Positions 37,219 through 50,363 are shown, counted from the whole stretch's first letter. The stretch: 63,087 nt of DNA, filler included, from Collodictyon triciliatum (GCA_043381765.1; 53 parts of 53 records of this genome joined end to end with filler, not necessarily neighbours in it); one strand, 5' to 3'. Numbers and translations: made by a program. The notes: generated from the sequence alone by a model not told the origin.

Positions 37219-39851
37219 GTGAGTTTCAGGGAGTTTAGAAAAAGACAGGGTGATGACCCTAAAAGTCCGGGAAGCAGTCCGATGCGCAACTCACCTTTAT
37301 ACCAAGCATCCGATAGTGCTGATTCTTCGAGTACTACTGAGCACAAATACATTATGATGAATCTATATACTTCAGCGGTTAACATATACTCAAAACAAAA
37401 AAGCAAAAAAAAANNNNNNNNNNNNNNNNNNNNNNNNNNNNNNNNNNNNNNNNNNNNTTAATTAATTAANNNNNNNNNNNNNNNNNNNNNNNNNNNNNNN
37501 NNNNNNNNNNNNNATGACTGATTTCCATGGTGCAGATATTATACCTTATTTACCTCATTGTAATGAATGTTCAGTTGGATTCTACATTTGTGGAATCTAT
37601 AATGTGTGCATCAAATGGAGCTTTCTGTGGCGGCCTATTTTTGGAATTCGTAGAAACCAAGATAATTAAGGGTATTTGACGATGGCTAATAGCCTTATTT
37701 GTATATAAATACTATATTATTTCCATAGAATTAATAATGCCATATTTAAAGTACAATTTTCTTAATATGGAATTTTTAGATCCCGACTCGAAAAGTCCGG
37801 ACTCAAGGAACTCGGGTGTGACCACGTAATCTATGCTATATAAACATGTACCTTTACCTTCCTATATAAACTTCAGCAAGTCTGTTCAGACATTGGGTAA
37901 TCACGATTAACAGAAGATAACCACCGGACAAGTCGAACCCGACGGACTTCGAGAACCGCGGCAGAGCAGAAGAAGGGACACGACGGCGACAGACTGATGT
38001 GAGGGAAGACCACAGGCACACCGCCAACAGAGCCCAGCAGACCCGAGGTAATACAACAAACCCCATCGACGCAGTACCACTGTAATCTTTCGCTGCTTGG
38101 GAACCAATCAATACCAGCACAAATAAGAAGTTGCAGCATCTCAATAGTGGCTCTGTGACTCCCAAACTGTGCAATAGAGAGCGCTGGCAGGACGTGGGGA
38201 GACGTCAAGTCTTCCTCTCGGACTGTCAGCAGGCTGCCTCACTCAAGTTGAAGTCGCGTAGAAGCCAGAGGGACTGGTCTTGACCTATGGCTTACCACTT
38301 CTGTAGTCCAGCAACAGACAAAAACAACATTCCCAACGCCCTCTGTGTTTCAGCTGCAGTCTCTAGTCTCTCCATCTTGTGCCCCACAAGTAACTTTTTT
38401 TTTTTTGTAACTCTGTAGTTGCTCCCTGACTTGCCACACGCAGCACGTGACGGAGCACGACATGGTAAGGCTCCACACACACACACACACACACACGCTA
38501 CCCTGCTTACTTGCCCACCAAACCTGCGTCCACACTGAAACAGTCAGCCGACTTCGATGGCTGTGGAGCCAGCAATGGTATCNNNNNNNNNNNNNNNNNN
38601 NNNNNNNNNNNNNNNNNNNNNNNNNNTTAATTAATTAANNNNNNNNNNNNNNNNNNNNNNNNNNNNNNNNNNNNNNNNNNNNTGTTTTTTTTGTTTTTAT
38701 AGGATCACAAAAGGGTGCGATAAGAGGGTGATCGTTAAGGCAAGCAATATATCTTCCCATCTGAGTGCAGTAAAAATTGGCTGTCTTAATGAAATTATCA
38801 AGTTTATTCTATGATGATACTCCAGGAAAATTGGCATATACTTAAATTCCACAATAGGTTTAATGCATTCGCTGCGCAGTCGTCCCTATCCAGCCCTCGC
38901 TCCCATAACGCAAGACGAGAGAAAAAAAGAGTTGCCCCAAAAATGTATATTCTGACAGACTCGACGAGACCCGACATGTATCGAATCCGCCCAGACCCTG
39001 ATTTCTTTGTATTTTCATGCGAGGGCAACGAATGCGATTGAAGGCAAATGAAAAAAGAATGAGGAAAGAAAAAAAAAAGGGAAAAGGATATGTGAATGAA
39101 AAACAGGAGGGTGGTTGGACGTTGGATAAATGGCTGGGTATACGAGCGAGTCATGTGTGATTTCCCTTCTGTTTTTTTTTCTTCTTTCAAATCTGTTTGG
39201 TTGAGATTCATTAATAAGCACAATGAGGTGATTGTTGATTTCAAAAAGTGGCCTTTCTTTGGAATGTGAGAATAGGTGTCCATCTGCCTAGAACACTTTA
39301 CAGGCACTATTTGAGTGAACCTTGGTTGTGTGGGAGAGGGGTTTACTTCTTGCGGGAGGACCGGACAGGTCGGATATCTAATCGCAAGGATTGTAATGCT
39401 TAAGTTCAGTTCGCCAACCTTCGAGTATGAGTAGACTTAAATATATACGTGCAGAAAATTGTTGGACAGACTTAATATATTCTCATGAGATTTACAATCA
39501 GGAGAAGGTAAATAAGGGTGCACTAGACGATGTGAGGCTCCCATTACGAAACTCCAGAAAGGCTTCGACATTTTTTTTCCAACAAATTAAGATAAGAAAG
39601 ATTTCGTTACCAAGAAAAAGGTCTGGGCGCGCTTCGCCTTCTTCTTCCTCTTCCTTGTGGATGACAAACTTTGTGACAGACAAGCCGAGTGGATTCCCAT
39701 TTACCGTGCTTTCATTAATACGCTTCCCCTTTATTTCGTGTATATTGAATGNNNNNNNNNNNNNNNNNNNNNNNNNNNNNNNNNNNNNNNNNNNNTTAAT
39801 TAATTAANNNNNNNNNNNNNNNNNNNNNNNNNNNNNNNNNNNNNNNNNNNN

Positions 39852-40893
39852 TGAAGCTGAGAGAAAGGCTGCTGTTTTTTGGAAAGTAGATGCTGGTGCA
39901 TATGCTGATGTATATGATGACGATGCAGAGAAAGGAGATGGTGAAGACGGCACCATAACGTGGACGTCGTGCCCCGGTGGCCGAGGCGGATTCAACTGTG
40001 TGGAATGTAAAGCTGGCACGTACAGCAGGGCTACCGATACAGATTGCTTCGAGTGCACAAATGCGCCTGAACATGCGTATTATACGACAGATGGATGGGC
40101 TTCTTCTGAGTGTCCATATTCGTGTGATGAAGGATATATACGCTCCTCTTGTGGTAATTTACTTCCTTTTCCTTTTCCTTTTCCTTTTATTTATAATTCA
40201 AGATATTTCAATTCAAGATTACTTCAATATGCTAGAAAGTTTTTTTTTCATAGATACAATCGGGAGTATAGCGTTTGGTCACTTAGGAGGCCATCTCTTT
40301 TACTTGAGTTTTTGGGGGGCGCTTGGATGCTTGATCGTGTTCATGTACTATATCATGGTTCGTATATGTGATAAATGCATATGAAAGTTTTATTCGACAC
40401 AGAAATTGCTAAACGAGAAAAGAGACCACCAAAGTCCTCAAAAGTTGTGTTTTTTTCTCGAAAATTTGAAATATATTTGTCTATTTTTTGAATCATTCAA
40501 TATTTATTGCACTACTACATCTACCACCACTAATAATAATGATGATACTAATTAACAAGAATTAATCAATAACTCAGGCATGTACGGAATGCGACTCAAG
40601 CAATAAAAGAAGAAGAAAAATTAGAAACGATTCCACCCCAATATTACATACGCCCCTACCCCGAGTGTATGATTTTTCCTCCTCTCTTTTTTTTCTTATC
40701 TTGAGTCCTTTACTTCGAACCCCTATTAACCTTACTGATTGCCAAATTTGTTACCAGTGATTCGTACCATAAAAGCGACCCCTTTTCGATAAAGGAGACA
40801 AAAGGTGTTAATCCTGGTGACCTTCAGCATCATGTTTGCAGGCTTTATTTTTCAGGGACCAACACTCCACGACAACCCTGGAGACTACAAAGG
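39852..40893 (+). CDS. Gly-rich/Cys-rich membrane protein like Arabidopsis AT5G11700, multi-exon fragment
   Basis: GEDGTITWTSCPGGRGGFNCVECKAGTYS...CPYSCDEGY, a hydrophobic LGG-containing segment, and DLQHHVCRLYFSGTNTPRQPWRL (family motif HVHRMYFMGPNTFSEPW, recalled). Confidence 0.75.
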
Positions 40894-41175
40894 TGGGATA
40901 TATTGTGTACTTTTCTCTTNNNNNNNNNNNNNNNNNNNNNNNNNNNNNNNNNNNNNNNNNNNNTTAATTAATTAANNNNNNNNNNNNNNNNNNNNNNNNN
41001 NNNNNNNNNNNNNNNNNNNTTTTTCTTTTTCTTTTTCTTTTTCTTTTTCTTTTTCTTTTTCTTTTTCTTTTTCTTTTTCTTTTTCTTTTTCTTTTTCTTT
41101 TCTTTTCTTTTTCTTTTTTTATATTTCTGCAATCTACTCTTGAAGGATTCATAAATATGTAGGATATGGTATTAC

Positions 41176-42088
41176 TTTGACAATAATTCGACGTATTCTC
41201 AAAGGGGATGAATTGGCTTTTTGATAAAAAAAATCCTTGGTGCGATGGTTGAAGTAATCAATTAATAGATTTCTAGACGAGGTTGGCTGGCTTAAAAAAA
41301 GTGAGTTAAATAACTGAGCCAAAAAAAAAACCAGGCGATTTATACAAATATCAAAATTGAATTGGGAAACGATTGTTTTTAACTAGTAAAGAATAGTCTC
41401 GCCTGTACTGCTGCTCATCATAAAAAATCCTATTACAGAAATTTTTCTTTAGTGTTTCAACGAAGGCTAAATAATTTTTGGTAAGCACCTCGTGGTCCTT
41501 GTTAAAAAGGTCTGCCACAGAAAGTATTCCGGCGAGCGATATCCTGTCAGGAACCACTCTTGTTTTAGGTATAAAGTAATTGTAAAAGAAAAATGGGATA
41601 AGAAAAAGAGAGTTTTGAAACTGAAGTTGAAAAAGAAAAGAAAAAATGAAATAAAACAGCCAGCACGCCAGGGAAAATGTGGATAATTATTTGTGTAAAT
41701 TTTACGAAGTTAGGCTAATTCTAATTGACAGAAATTTATAGAGATTAAGTACAACTGGCTGGTGAATAAGATAAAGCTGTAAATTACCTCATGGCAATGC
41801 TGTAAATGATTAACTTTGTCAGTTGGATATCAACAGGCAGTTTCACGCACAAATGTCCGTATTTTGTCAGCTATTTCATGAAAATAAAATGTTAGACATT
41901 GAATGGAACTTAAAAAATGATTTCATGAAAGATTATAGCTGTTTATTCCCATTTACTCGAAAGTCGCGTCTGAAACCAGATATTGCCCCTTTTTTTTTAT
42001 GAGGGAGGAAACGACAGCATCTATTTGGCTATTTGAGGGTTCTAATATTGATTCAGATAATATTTCATCAAAATCCCCGTATTAGGAC
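41176..42088 (-). CDS. DEAH/RHA RNA helicase, winged-helix/HA2 region; apparent frameshift in an A9 run
   Basis: ILEPSNSQIDAVVSSLIKK[fs]GAISGFRRDFR|LTKYGHLCVKLPVDIQLTKLIIYSIAM|RVVPDRISLAGILSVADLF. LT..G.....LPVD..L.K is the HA2 signature. Confidence 0.8.
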
Positions 42089-42188
42089 NNNNNNNNNNNN
42101 NNNNNNNNNNNNNNNNNNNNNNNNNNNNNNNNTTAATTAATTAANNNNNNNNNNNNNNNNNNNNNNNNNNNNNNNNNNNNNNNNNNNN

Positions 42189-42254
42189 GCTTGCATTGTC
42201 ATCGAGGAGCTTGCTCGTGTTGACCCTTCTGTCTCAGTCTTTGTGGACGTCCAG
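42189..42254 (+). CDS. ACADSB: Short/branched-chain acyl-CoA dehydrogenase exon
   Basis: ACIVIEELARVDPSVSVFVDVQ followed by CAG|GT. Confidence 0.8.
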
Positions 42255-43409
42255 GTCTTCTTAGGACGGATATATGCTTTTCTTCTTTTTTTTTCTTCTT
42301 TTTTTTCTTCTTTTTTTCTTCTTTTTTTCTTCTTTTTTCTTCTTTTTCTGTTATCTTATCTGAATGGACACACTACAATTAGTAACTGTGAGAAATAAGA
42401 AAACAAAGGCGAGAAGTGATATCAAAAGCCACTGCCAAATCAATCTATTGTTCCCGAAATCAACACCACAATGACAATGGGTGATTGTGTCAATCGTGGC
42501 ATCGAGGCAATGAAGAGAGGGAAACTGACGGCTCAGCAGCATCACACCCATCACCAATTGCCAAATCGATTGTAATCTGTCTTTGGGACTGGTGCTTTTG
42601 GCTTCGAGGCTGCTGATGGACTCTCTTCCTCCTCGACTGGTCGCTTCTTTTGCTGCGCTGCAGTCACCGTTGCCAGTGCCGCTTTTGTTGGGCCGGGCTT
42701 TGTTGATACCAGTGTCGCTGTTGGTTGAAGGTATTTTCCTACTCCTCCTGATGCTGCCCCTGATAATGGAGCTGGGTTGCTGAACCATTTACCATAAACC
42801 TGCAGATGAAGTATAGAGGAAGGGGTTGATAACTCTGCTGTGTTGTGGGGATGTGCCTTAGTTGGTTTCTCATTTATATTTTTCTTATTTTTTTTAAAAA
42901 AAAAAAAACAGAAAAAAAGAGAATATAAGTAATATGGTTTGATTTTAAGATGAAGCCATGCTATGAAAGTATATGAGCAGGTAAGGAAGCATCTGCTTCT
43001 TCTTTTGATATTTTGTTTCTATTGCTTTATTGCTTTATTGCTCTATTGCTTTATTGCTTTATTGCTCTATTGCTTTATTGCTTTATTGCTTTATTGCTTT
43101 ATTGCTTTATTGCTTTATTGCTTTATTGCTTTATTGCTTTATTGCTTTATTGCTTTATTGCTTTATTGCTCTATTGCTCTATTGCTTTATTGCTTTATTG
43201 CTTTATTGCTTTATTGCTTTATTGCTTTATTGCTTTATTGCTTTATTGCTTTATTGNNNNNNNNNNNNNNNNNNNNNNNNNNNNNNNNNNNNNNNNNNNN
43301 TTAATTAATTAANNNNNNNNNNNNNNNNNNNNNNNNNNNNNNNNNNNNNNNNNNNNGAACATACAAACATGTAATCATGGAATTTTTTAATTGAATAAAA
43401 CGATGTTAC

Positions 43410-43672
43410 TTTTTTTCGGCATTTGCAAAGAACTCGTCCCTTTCTTTTTGCATGTCTCGAAACGTGGAGGACATGAAGATTCTCAACATTCTGGATTCAT
43501 AGACAATAGTCCATCTCCCTTCACCATCAGAATAAACTGTGGCTGGAATCAAGCCTCCGCGGATTTTCTCATCGGCTGGTGCAGGTTCTCGTATTGGTTC
43601 CGTCCGTTTCTGGTCTCCAGATTCTTGCTGGTTGGCGGCGTCAGATTGTCTGCTTGGTGATGGCTCGGACAT
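43410..43672 (-). CDS. DUF4062-domain protein (TEP1/NPHP3-like STAND), first exon
   Basis: RMLRIFMSSTFRDMQKERDEF signature. Donor GTAAC. Confidence 0.85.
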
Positions 43673-45345
43673 CTTCCTGTTGATTAAATGCGAATAATAT
43701 ATAGGATTAAGAATTGTCTAGTGATATACTATAATCTTATGCTATTCTCTGTTTGACCGCCTCGGTTGATTCAATACGATTAATCGACTCGTAAAATTCC
43801 TCTCATTTTTGATTTTTATGATAACTCCACTAAAAGGAATATTATTCATACAAATCTCTCGAATATATATATATATATATTTGTATAACAGTGAGGGTTA
43901 AAACTCTACTTTTGATTACAATCTTATTTTTCTACTATATAATGATGAATCTTTAACTAAGCCCGTATTTGAAAGCAAAAATAAAGGTAAAATAATGTGT
44001 GAATCATGAAAGATGAGGCCTTTGGAAACAAAGTATTTACTTTAAACTATTTACTATACTATATTTATGAAAAAAATCTGAGAACAAAGAATTTATATAG
44101 ATCATTTTGACCAATTAGTCAAATCATGCTTGAAAGTTCTTGATAAAAAAATTATTCTCATTAAGTTAAACAAAACATATTTACAAAAATGCATCTCAAT
44201 TAATCCAGCAGCCGATGCGATAGGCCTATACATTCCCTTACTTATATACTTAGCCTCCAAGGAATGGCATGAAACTGTAAATGGAACATTCTTTTGGTGA
44301 TAACCTTAAGGTAATTTCGAATCGTAGATAATTGGAAGCCATAATCTGAGTCGAAAGGAAACAAGCACATATTTTACAAATATTATGAATACCTACAAAT
44401 GAAAATGTCGATTGCAATAATCAANNNNNNNNNNNNNNNNNNNNNNNNNNNNNNNNNNNNNNNNNNNNTTAATTAATTAANNNNNNNNNNNNNNNNNNNN
44501 NNNNNNNNNNNNNNNNNNNNNNNNAAAAGAAAAAGAAAAAGAAAAAGAAAAAGAAAAAGAGAAAGAAAAAGAAAAAGAAAAAGAAAAAAATTGAAAAAAA
44601 TTGAAAAGAAAAAGAAAAAGAAAAAGAAAAAGAAAAAGAAAAAGAAAAAGAAAAAGAAAAAGAAAAAGAAAAAGAAAAAAAAGAAAAAAAAGAGAAAAAG
44701 ACTCCAGGCATGAATTTATCTTTCTTGGAGTGCAGAAGGTCGTAGAGGACGAAGTATACTTGTTGCACAGAAGAGATAAGCTTCTCGTTGACAGTTTGTG
44801 AATAATTTGTTTCCCCGCTGGATTTTGTGACAAGATATTTGATGTGTGTATCTTTTGCACGCGAAAGAAGATTTTCTTTAAAAATATTTTCCAATTATGT
44901 GGTGCGAATGTGGAACTTACCAGCCTTCGATCAATCGCAAACAAATCACAACCACCAGCCCGATTCTGTCCCGCAACACCCTCCCACGGCCGATGTGACA
45001 AAGTCAGACACGGCAAGAAGGACAGACAACCCGGACGAAACCAACGAGTTGTGATGGACTCTGTCAGTCACCAACTGGAACCTTCTTGAACTGCGAAGGT
45101 GAAGGGTCACTCGCTCTCTCTTTGTCGTATTCGCTGGGCAGACACAAATAGCCCTTTTTCTTTTTCTTTTTCTTTTTCTTTTTCTTTTTCTTTTTCTTTT
45201 TCTTTTTCTTTTTCTTTTTCTGCAAAGTAGAAGCACGCCCTGAATACCCTCTCCATCCACTCTTTCTAAACCCTGTGCCGAACCATATTCGACTCTGACG
45301 CGCTGCCATGGTCTGGGAAAGAAAGAGAAAAGACGCGAGACAATC

Positions 45346-45450
45346 ATGGCCGGCTGGGAGGTTATTCCGTCGATGACGATCATCCTCGTTGCTGTATCTG
45401 CTATGGGCTTTCTGCAGCACGGCATCAACCACTTCATCACAGACGGCCGA
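45346..45450 (+). CDS. NDUFA1: Complex I accessory subunit NDUFA1 (MWFE)-like, first exon
   Basis: MAGWEVIPSMTIILVAVSAMGFLQHGINHFITDGR|GTAACT. W.E..P, one TM segment and I..F..G pattern. Confidence 0.7.
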
Positions 45451-45800
45451 GTAACTAACAACCATGAAAAAACAAAAAACAAAAAACAAAAAAACAGAAA
45501 AACAAAAAACACAAAAAACAAAAACAAAAACAAAAACAAAAACAAAAACAAAAACAAAAACAAAAACAAAAACAAAAACAAAAACAAAAACANNNNNNNN
45601 NNNNNNNNNNNNNNNNNNNNNNNNNNNNNNNNNNNNTTAATTAATTAANNNNNNNNNNNNNNNNNNNNNNNNNNNNNNNNNNNNNNNNNNNNCGTGGCAG
45701 TTTGGTTGGGTTAGGTTCAAAGCTGCTCTATATGCTGAATTGTTCTCATTTATGCTTTGCTTTTTTTTTTTTATTTTCAAGTATTTCACCAGCTAATTTT

Positions 45801-45877
<77 letters not shown>

Positions 45878-45888
45878 CCTTTTTACAG

Positions 45889-46760
45889 AAATTGACAACT
45901 CGATTGGCTTTCGTTCCCATCTCAAGTATGTCTAGAGATCCTTTTACCAGAACAAATACGCATTATTGTTTACTCGTTTTGATAATTGTTACAATAGTGT
46001 TTGATACTGATTTATTACTAGGCTCGAATCCACCTTCGCTTTGCCTTCAAAGAGCTCTGAATATTCTGAAGCCGGAAGAAAGAATCACTTTTGCCAAAGA
46101 ATATCTCACAATTGCGAGAAGCAACACTGATATCCAAAGTCTAGCAGAAGGTTTTATTGCATATGAAAAACTGTGAACACAAAGTACGATTGTAATCAAT
46201 GTATTTCTCGTTTGTTCAAGTTTTTTTTTTCAAATTATGTATACAATACTAACGCACCTAATTTAACTGTGCATAATAGAATTTGAACAGCTTTTTCAAA
46301 AATATAACATTGATATACCCGAGTTTGACAAAAGCAACGCTGACCACACGCTCGATGAGGTGAAATAAATCGATTCCCTACAGCGAAAAACTATTTAAAA
46401 TCTTCGTTATAAACTCCAATAGATAATCATACAATTATGGTATCATTCTTTAGTTTTCTCGCGTTTGCTCCGGACATGTAAGCGAATCTTCGTTTTCTTT
46501 AGTGGTCAACGGAAGGGTGATTCATTTTTCGATGGCTCATTTAATTTTGATTCTACTTCATGAAGTTCTATTGTTTTTATATAATGTACCTTAATTGCGT
46601 ATTTTCAACTGTTCGTGTATTGAATTTAAAAAATCGGAAGAATTAAGCAACACACTGTTACCAGATTTTGTCGCTTAAATCCGACGAGCCTCTTGAAGAT
46701 GGAGAATTTGAGATGTTACAACTATATGAATACGAATCACGCTCGAAACACATGAAGGAT
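45889..46760 (+). CDS. UGGT: Probable UDP-glucose:glycoprotein glucosyltransferase, thioredoxin-like region (5 exons)
   Basis: Phase-consistent exons KLTTRLAFVPIS...|FSRVCSGHVSESSFSLVVNGR|ILSLKSDEPLEDGEFEMLQLYEYESRSKHMKD, similar to UGGT V..NGR.......F...DF.LL...E...R. Confidence 0.6.
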
Positions 46761-48027
46761 NNNNNNNNNNNNNNNNNNNNNNNNNNNNNNNNNNNNNNNN
46801 NNNNTTAATTAATTAANNNNNNNNNNNNNNNNNNNNNNNNNNNNNNNNNNNNNNNNNNNNATTCTCCTATTCTCCTATTCTCCTATTCTCCTATTCTCCT
46901 ATTCTCCTATTCTCCTATTCTCCTATTCTCCTATTCTCCTATTCTCCTATTCTCCTATTTTCCTTTTTTACTTTTTTACTTTTTTTTTTTGGTTTCATAA
47001 TCTTTTTTCCTAGGTGCATGCACCCCCGATAACGGAGCATCCCATTCTTTTTCTGATCAGAGCACGAAGGCGTTGCCTGTCCAAGGTATAAATGAAACAG
47101 GAGCAAAACAATTTTTGATTTTTGTTCGGGTATATAAAGCGTGGTGTCGACTTTGTGGTTCTTACAAGGAAGTCAGGGAAAATCTCCGGGGGGTTGGAGG
47201 AGTTCCTTCCTTAGGCTTTTGCTTTCTTTTCTTGATATTTCGTCGGAGATTATATTTTCGTGTATTATCCTGTTTCTTTATTTCATGTCGTTGATTGTTC
47301 TGAATACTATATCGATAGTTGCTATCATTACAATTTGTGGGCATATGCATGCACTCCATCAGTTAAGCCTTATATGTGCATGATTTCCAAGTTTTCTGTG
47401 TGACTTGACAGCCCCGAGAAGCGATATATAAGGGTACCAGTGCTCTCGCGGCGTTTCTTGCCTAGGTCTCTCCTCAATGTCTTAATTACAAACTTTCCGA
47501 TGCTGCTTTTAGGCTTGGCTCTCGGCACCACTACCGCTGCATCGATTAGGTATTTTTGGGTGCATTCTCTCAGGGACAACTTAGTTGGCTCTTACGGTCA
47601 AGGTCTGCACTTGGTGTTCAATATTAAGTAGAGTATATCGCGGTGTATTGATTCAATTTATTCTTCCAGGAAGACTTTTAGTGAAGATACCAAACTATTT
47701 AGCTGTTGGCACCGCACCCAACCGAGGCGCAACCCCCCTTAATTCTCCTAAATGTGGAAATTATTTATATGCTATCTCAAATTTAAATTTTAAAACTATC
47801 TTGAACTATATGCGTTGTAATATATCTATACAATAAATTTGGACTTTCCGTTACGAGGTGTAAATTGTAAAACGTGAAACGTGAGTTGTAAAACGTAAAA
47901 CGTAAAACGTGAGTTGTGTGAATAATGNNNNNNNNNNNNNNNNNNNNNNNNNNNNNNNNNNNNNNNNNNNNTTAATTAATTAANNNNNNNNNNNNNNNNN
48001 NNNNNNNNNNNNNNNNNNNNNNNNNNN

Positions 48028-49040
48028 AAATATCTTTGAGTACTCTGGGCATGGAAAGCATGATTGACCAAAGGATGCATAGCCTTCAGCGCACTTTGCA
48101 CACAGCCGCTCTTCATATCCCTTTTCGCATACATTTTTATCAGGTTCGATTTTCCTCGATGAATTATAATCTATTTTTTGGAAACAGTTCCTTGGAGAAG
48201 GACAACGAATTATTTCTTGAATGTCAAAAATATCAGGAGACGCATAACAACCCTTCATCTGTTGCCCGTCAGGGCAGTCACATTCATCAGGACATTTTTG
48301 GCAATTTCCTCCGTAGCCAAAGTGCCCAGGGTTGCATATACACAGGCTTTTACTATAGTATCCAGGGTCTACCAAAACAGAACTACCTGAGATATGAGTG
48401 AGTTTGAGTTGTGGGCATCGAAAATTTGGTTCATCTTTGTCTAGCGTGTAAGCTCCTGTTTTTTTAATCCAATCTGGGATAATGTCTGCTGATGTTTTCA
48501 TAGGTGTTTTTTTTGCACTGAATATATATAAATCGGTGAAATTCTCGACGTCGTTTGGTATAGATCCGTGTATTCTAGTATTGTCTATGTATATCGATCT
48601 GAGATTCTTTGCCATGGCGAGACTAGGGAGAGTTGATGTTATATGTGTATCCCTTATGTCAAGGTATTTCAAGCTTATTGCATCAAGCTTCCCTAGGCTT
48701 CCTGCGGTTTTCCAGTGATGCGAATGAGTTTAATTACCGACATAATCAAATAGTTCATAGTAGAACATATACATTCATATAAAAAACAACCCGTTTATAT
48801 ATCCTTTGAGAGACTGAACCTGATATTTGATTGTTGGAGACGCAAAAGTATGTCAAAGACGGTAGAGATAGATCTGACAGATTACCTTTTGGTTGGGATT
48901 TGATATGAGTGCGTTGCATTACTACCGTGCATACCACTTACTTATAGAAAGACGTAATTAAACATGCAACTAACCGCTAAGTTTATTGTGTGATACATCG
49001 AAATATCTTAGCTCGGGTGCATTTATTCTTGGTATGGTTC
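48028..49040 (-). CDS. Extracellular LRR + Cys-rich receptor-like protein (exons 48975-49040, 48820-48885, <48028-48701)
   Basis: Plant-type LRRs (GTIPRINAPELRYFDVSHNKLSG; LRSIYIDNTRIHGSIP), then CICNPGHFG...CEKGYEERLCAKCAEGY...CFPCP. Confidence 0.88.
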
Positions 49041-50363
49041 CTGTTCATCGTAATAAAGTAATCATTAATACTATTTGATTATGGAATGATCAGANNNNNN
49101 NNNNNNNNNNNNNNNNNNNNNNNNNNNNNNNNNNNNNNTTAATTAATTAANNNNNNNNNNNNNNNNNNNNNNNNNNNNNNNNNNNNNNNNNNNNAAAAAA
49201 TAGAAATAAAAAATAGAAATAAAAAAATAGAAATAAAAAAATAGAAATAAAAATAGAAATAAAAAAATAGAAATAAAAAATAGAAATAAAAAATAGAAAT
49301 AAAAAATAGAAATAAAAAATAGAAATAAAAATAGAAATAAAAAATAGAAATAAAAAATAGAAATTAAAAATTGAACTAGTAAAATAAAAAGAGAGAAAGG
49401 ATCAACGAAAGTGCATCTTCTGCACACACCATCCTGCGCAACGTAGAGCCGCAGTGCAGCTTGGCCTTGAAGTCGAGATTGTATTGGGAAGACAAAGCTA
49501 CGAATCCGAAGAAGGGAGACCATTCCTGCGACGCACAACATCTCTTAGTGATGCAGTGTACTCACCTCACGTGTGCGTTGCACTCTCTTTTCGCTTCCCC
49601 ACAACCCAACCAGCCAACCACGTTTGTAAAAGGCCAAAGCCAACACCCTCCCAACAATTTGGAAACATCACCACCAAACCCGACAAAAGGCGGTACCAAT
49701 ATTACCGTACATTAGGTCTTCATTGACAACCGATTGGCAACATAAACCCCCCAGTATTTAAACGTCGTCTTGCTTCGAACCGCAATCTTCCCACGCAGTA
49801 ATCCAACGCAACGCAAAGATCGAACCGGAGCGCGACACTTTCGCTGAATCCGCCCCAATTGGGCCACGATTTTCGGAGGTTGTCAACTCGCACAGCCCAG
49901 GCAGCGTCTGTGTTTTGTCCTGGTTTCGTCTCTGGGTTGGAGAATGTGCGCCCTTCCCCAGAAAACACAGGAGGAGCGTCCCATATATAACCGGGCATTG
50001 CCCCAGGCGTGGCTTCTTTGTCATCCCCAGACATGCTCTCAAATATCGCGTCAGCACCACGGCAATATCTATCGCTGTGTTCGATGGGGTGAAGCAAGAC
50101 TGGGTTGCGGAGGAGACTTTTGTGTCGATCAAACAGACCCATGCCGGCCTCCCTCAATTCGCTGGGAGGTGGTATTGGGGACAGTTAGACCGTTAGAGAA
50201 GCTGAATGTTTTTTCTTAAAAAACAAAAATACAAAAAAAAAAAACAAAAAAACAAAAAAAAAANNNNNNNNNNNNNNNNNNNNNNNNNNNNNNNNNNNNN
50301 NNNNNNNTTAATTAATTAANNNNNNNNNNNNNNNNNNNNNNNNNNNNNNNNNNNNNNNNNNNN

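Noticed and set aside
45240-45346. Divergent gene starting 36 nt from the NDUFA1 ATG (MAARQSRIWFG…)
   Set aside because: No splice phase gave a continuing open frame.
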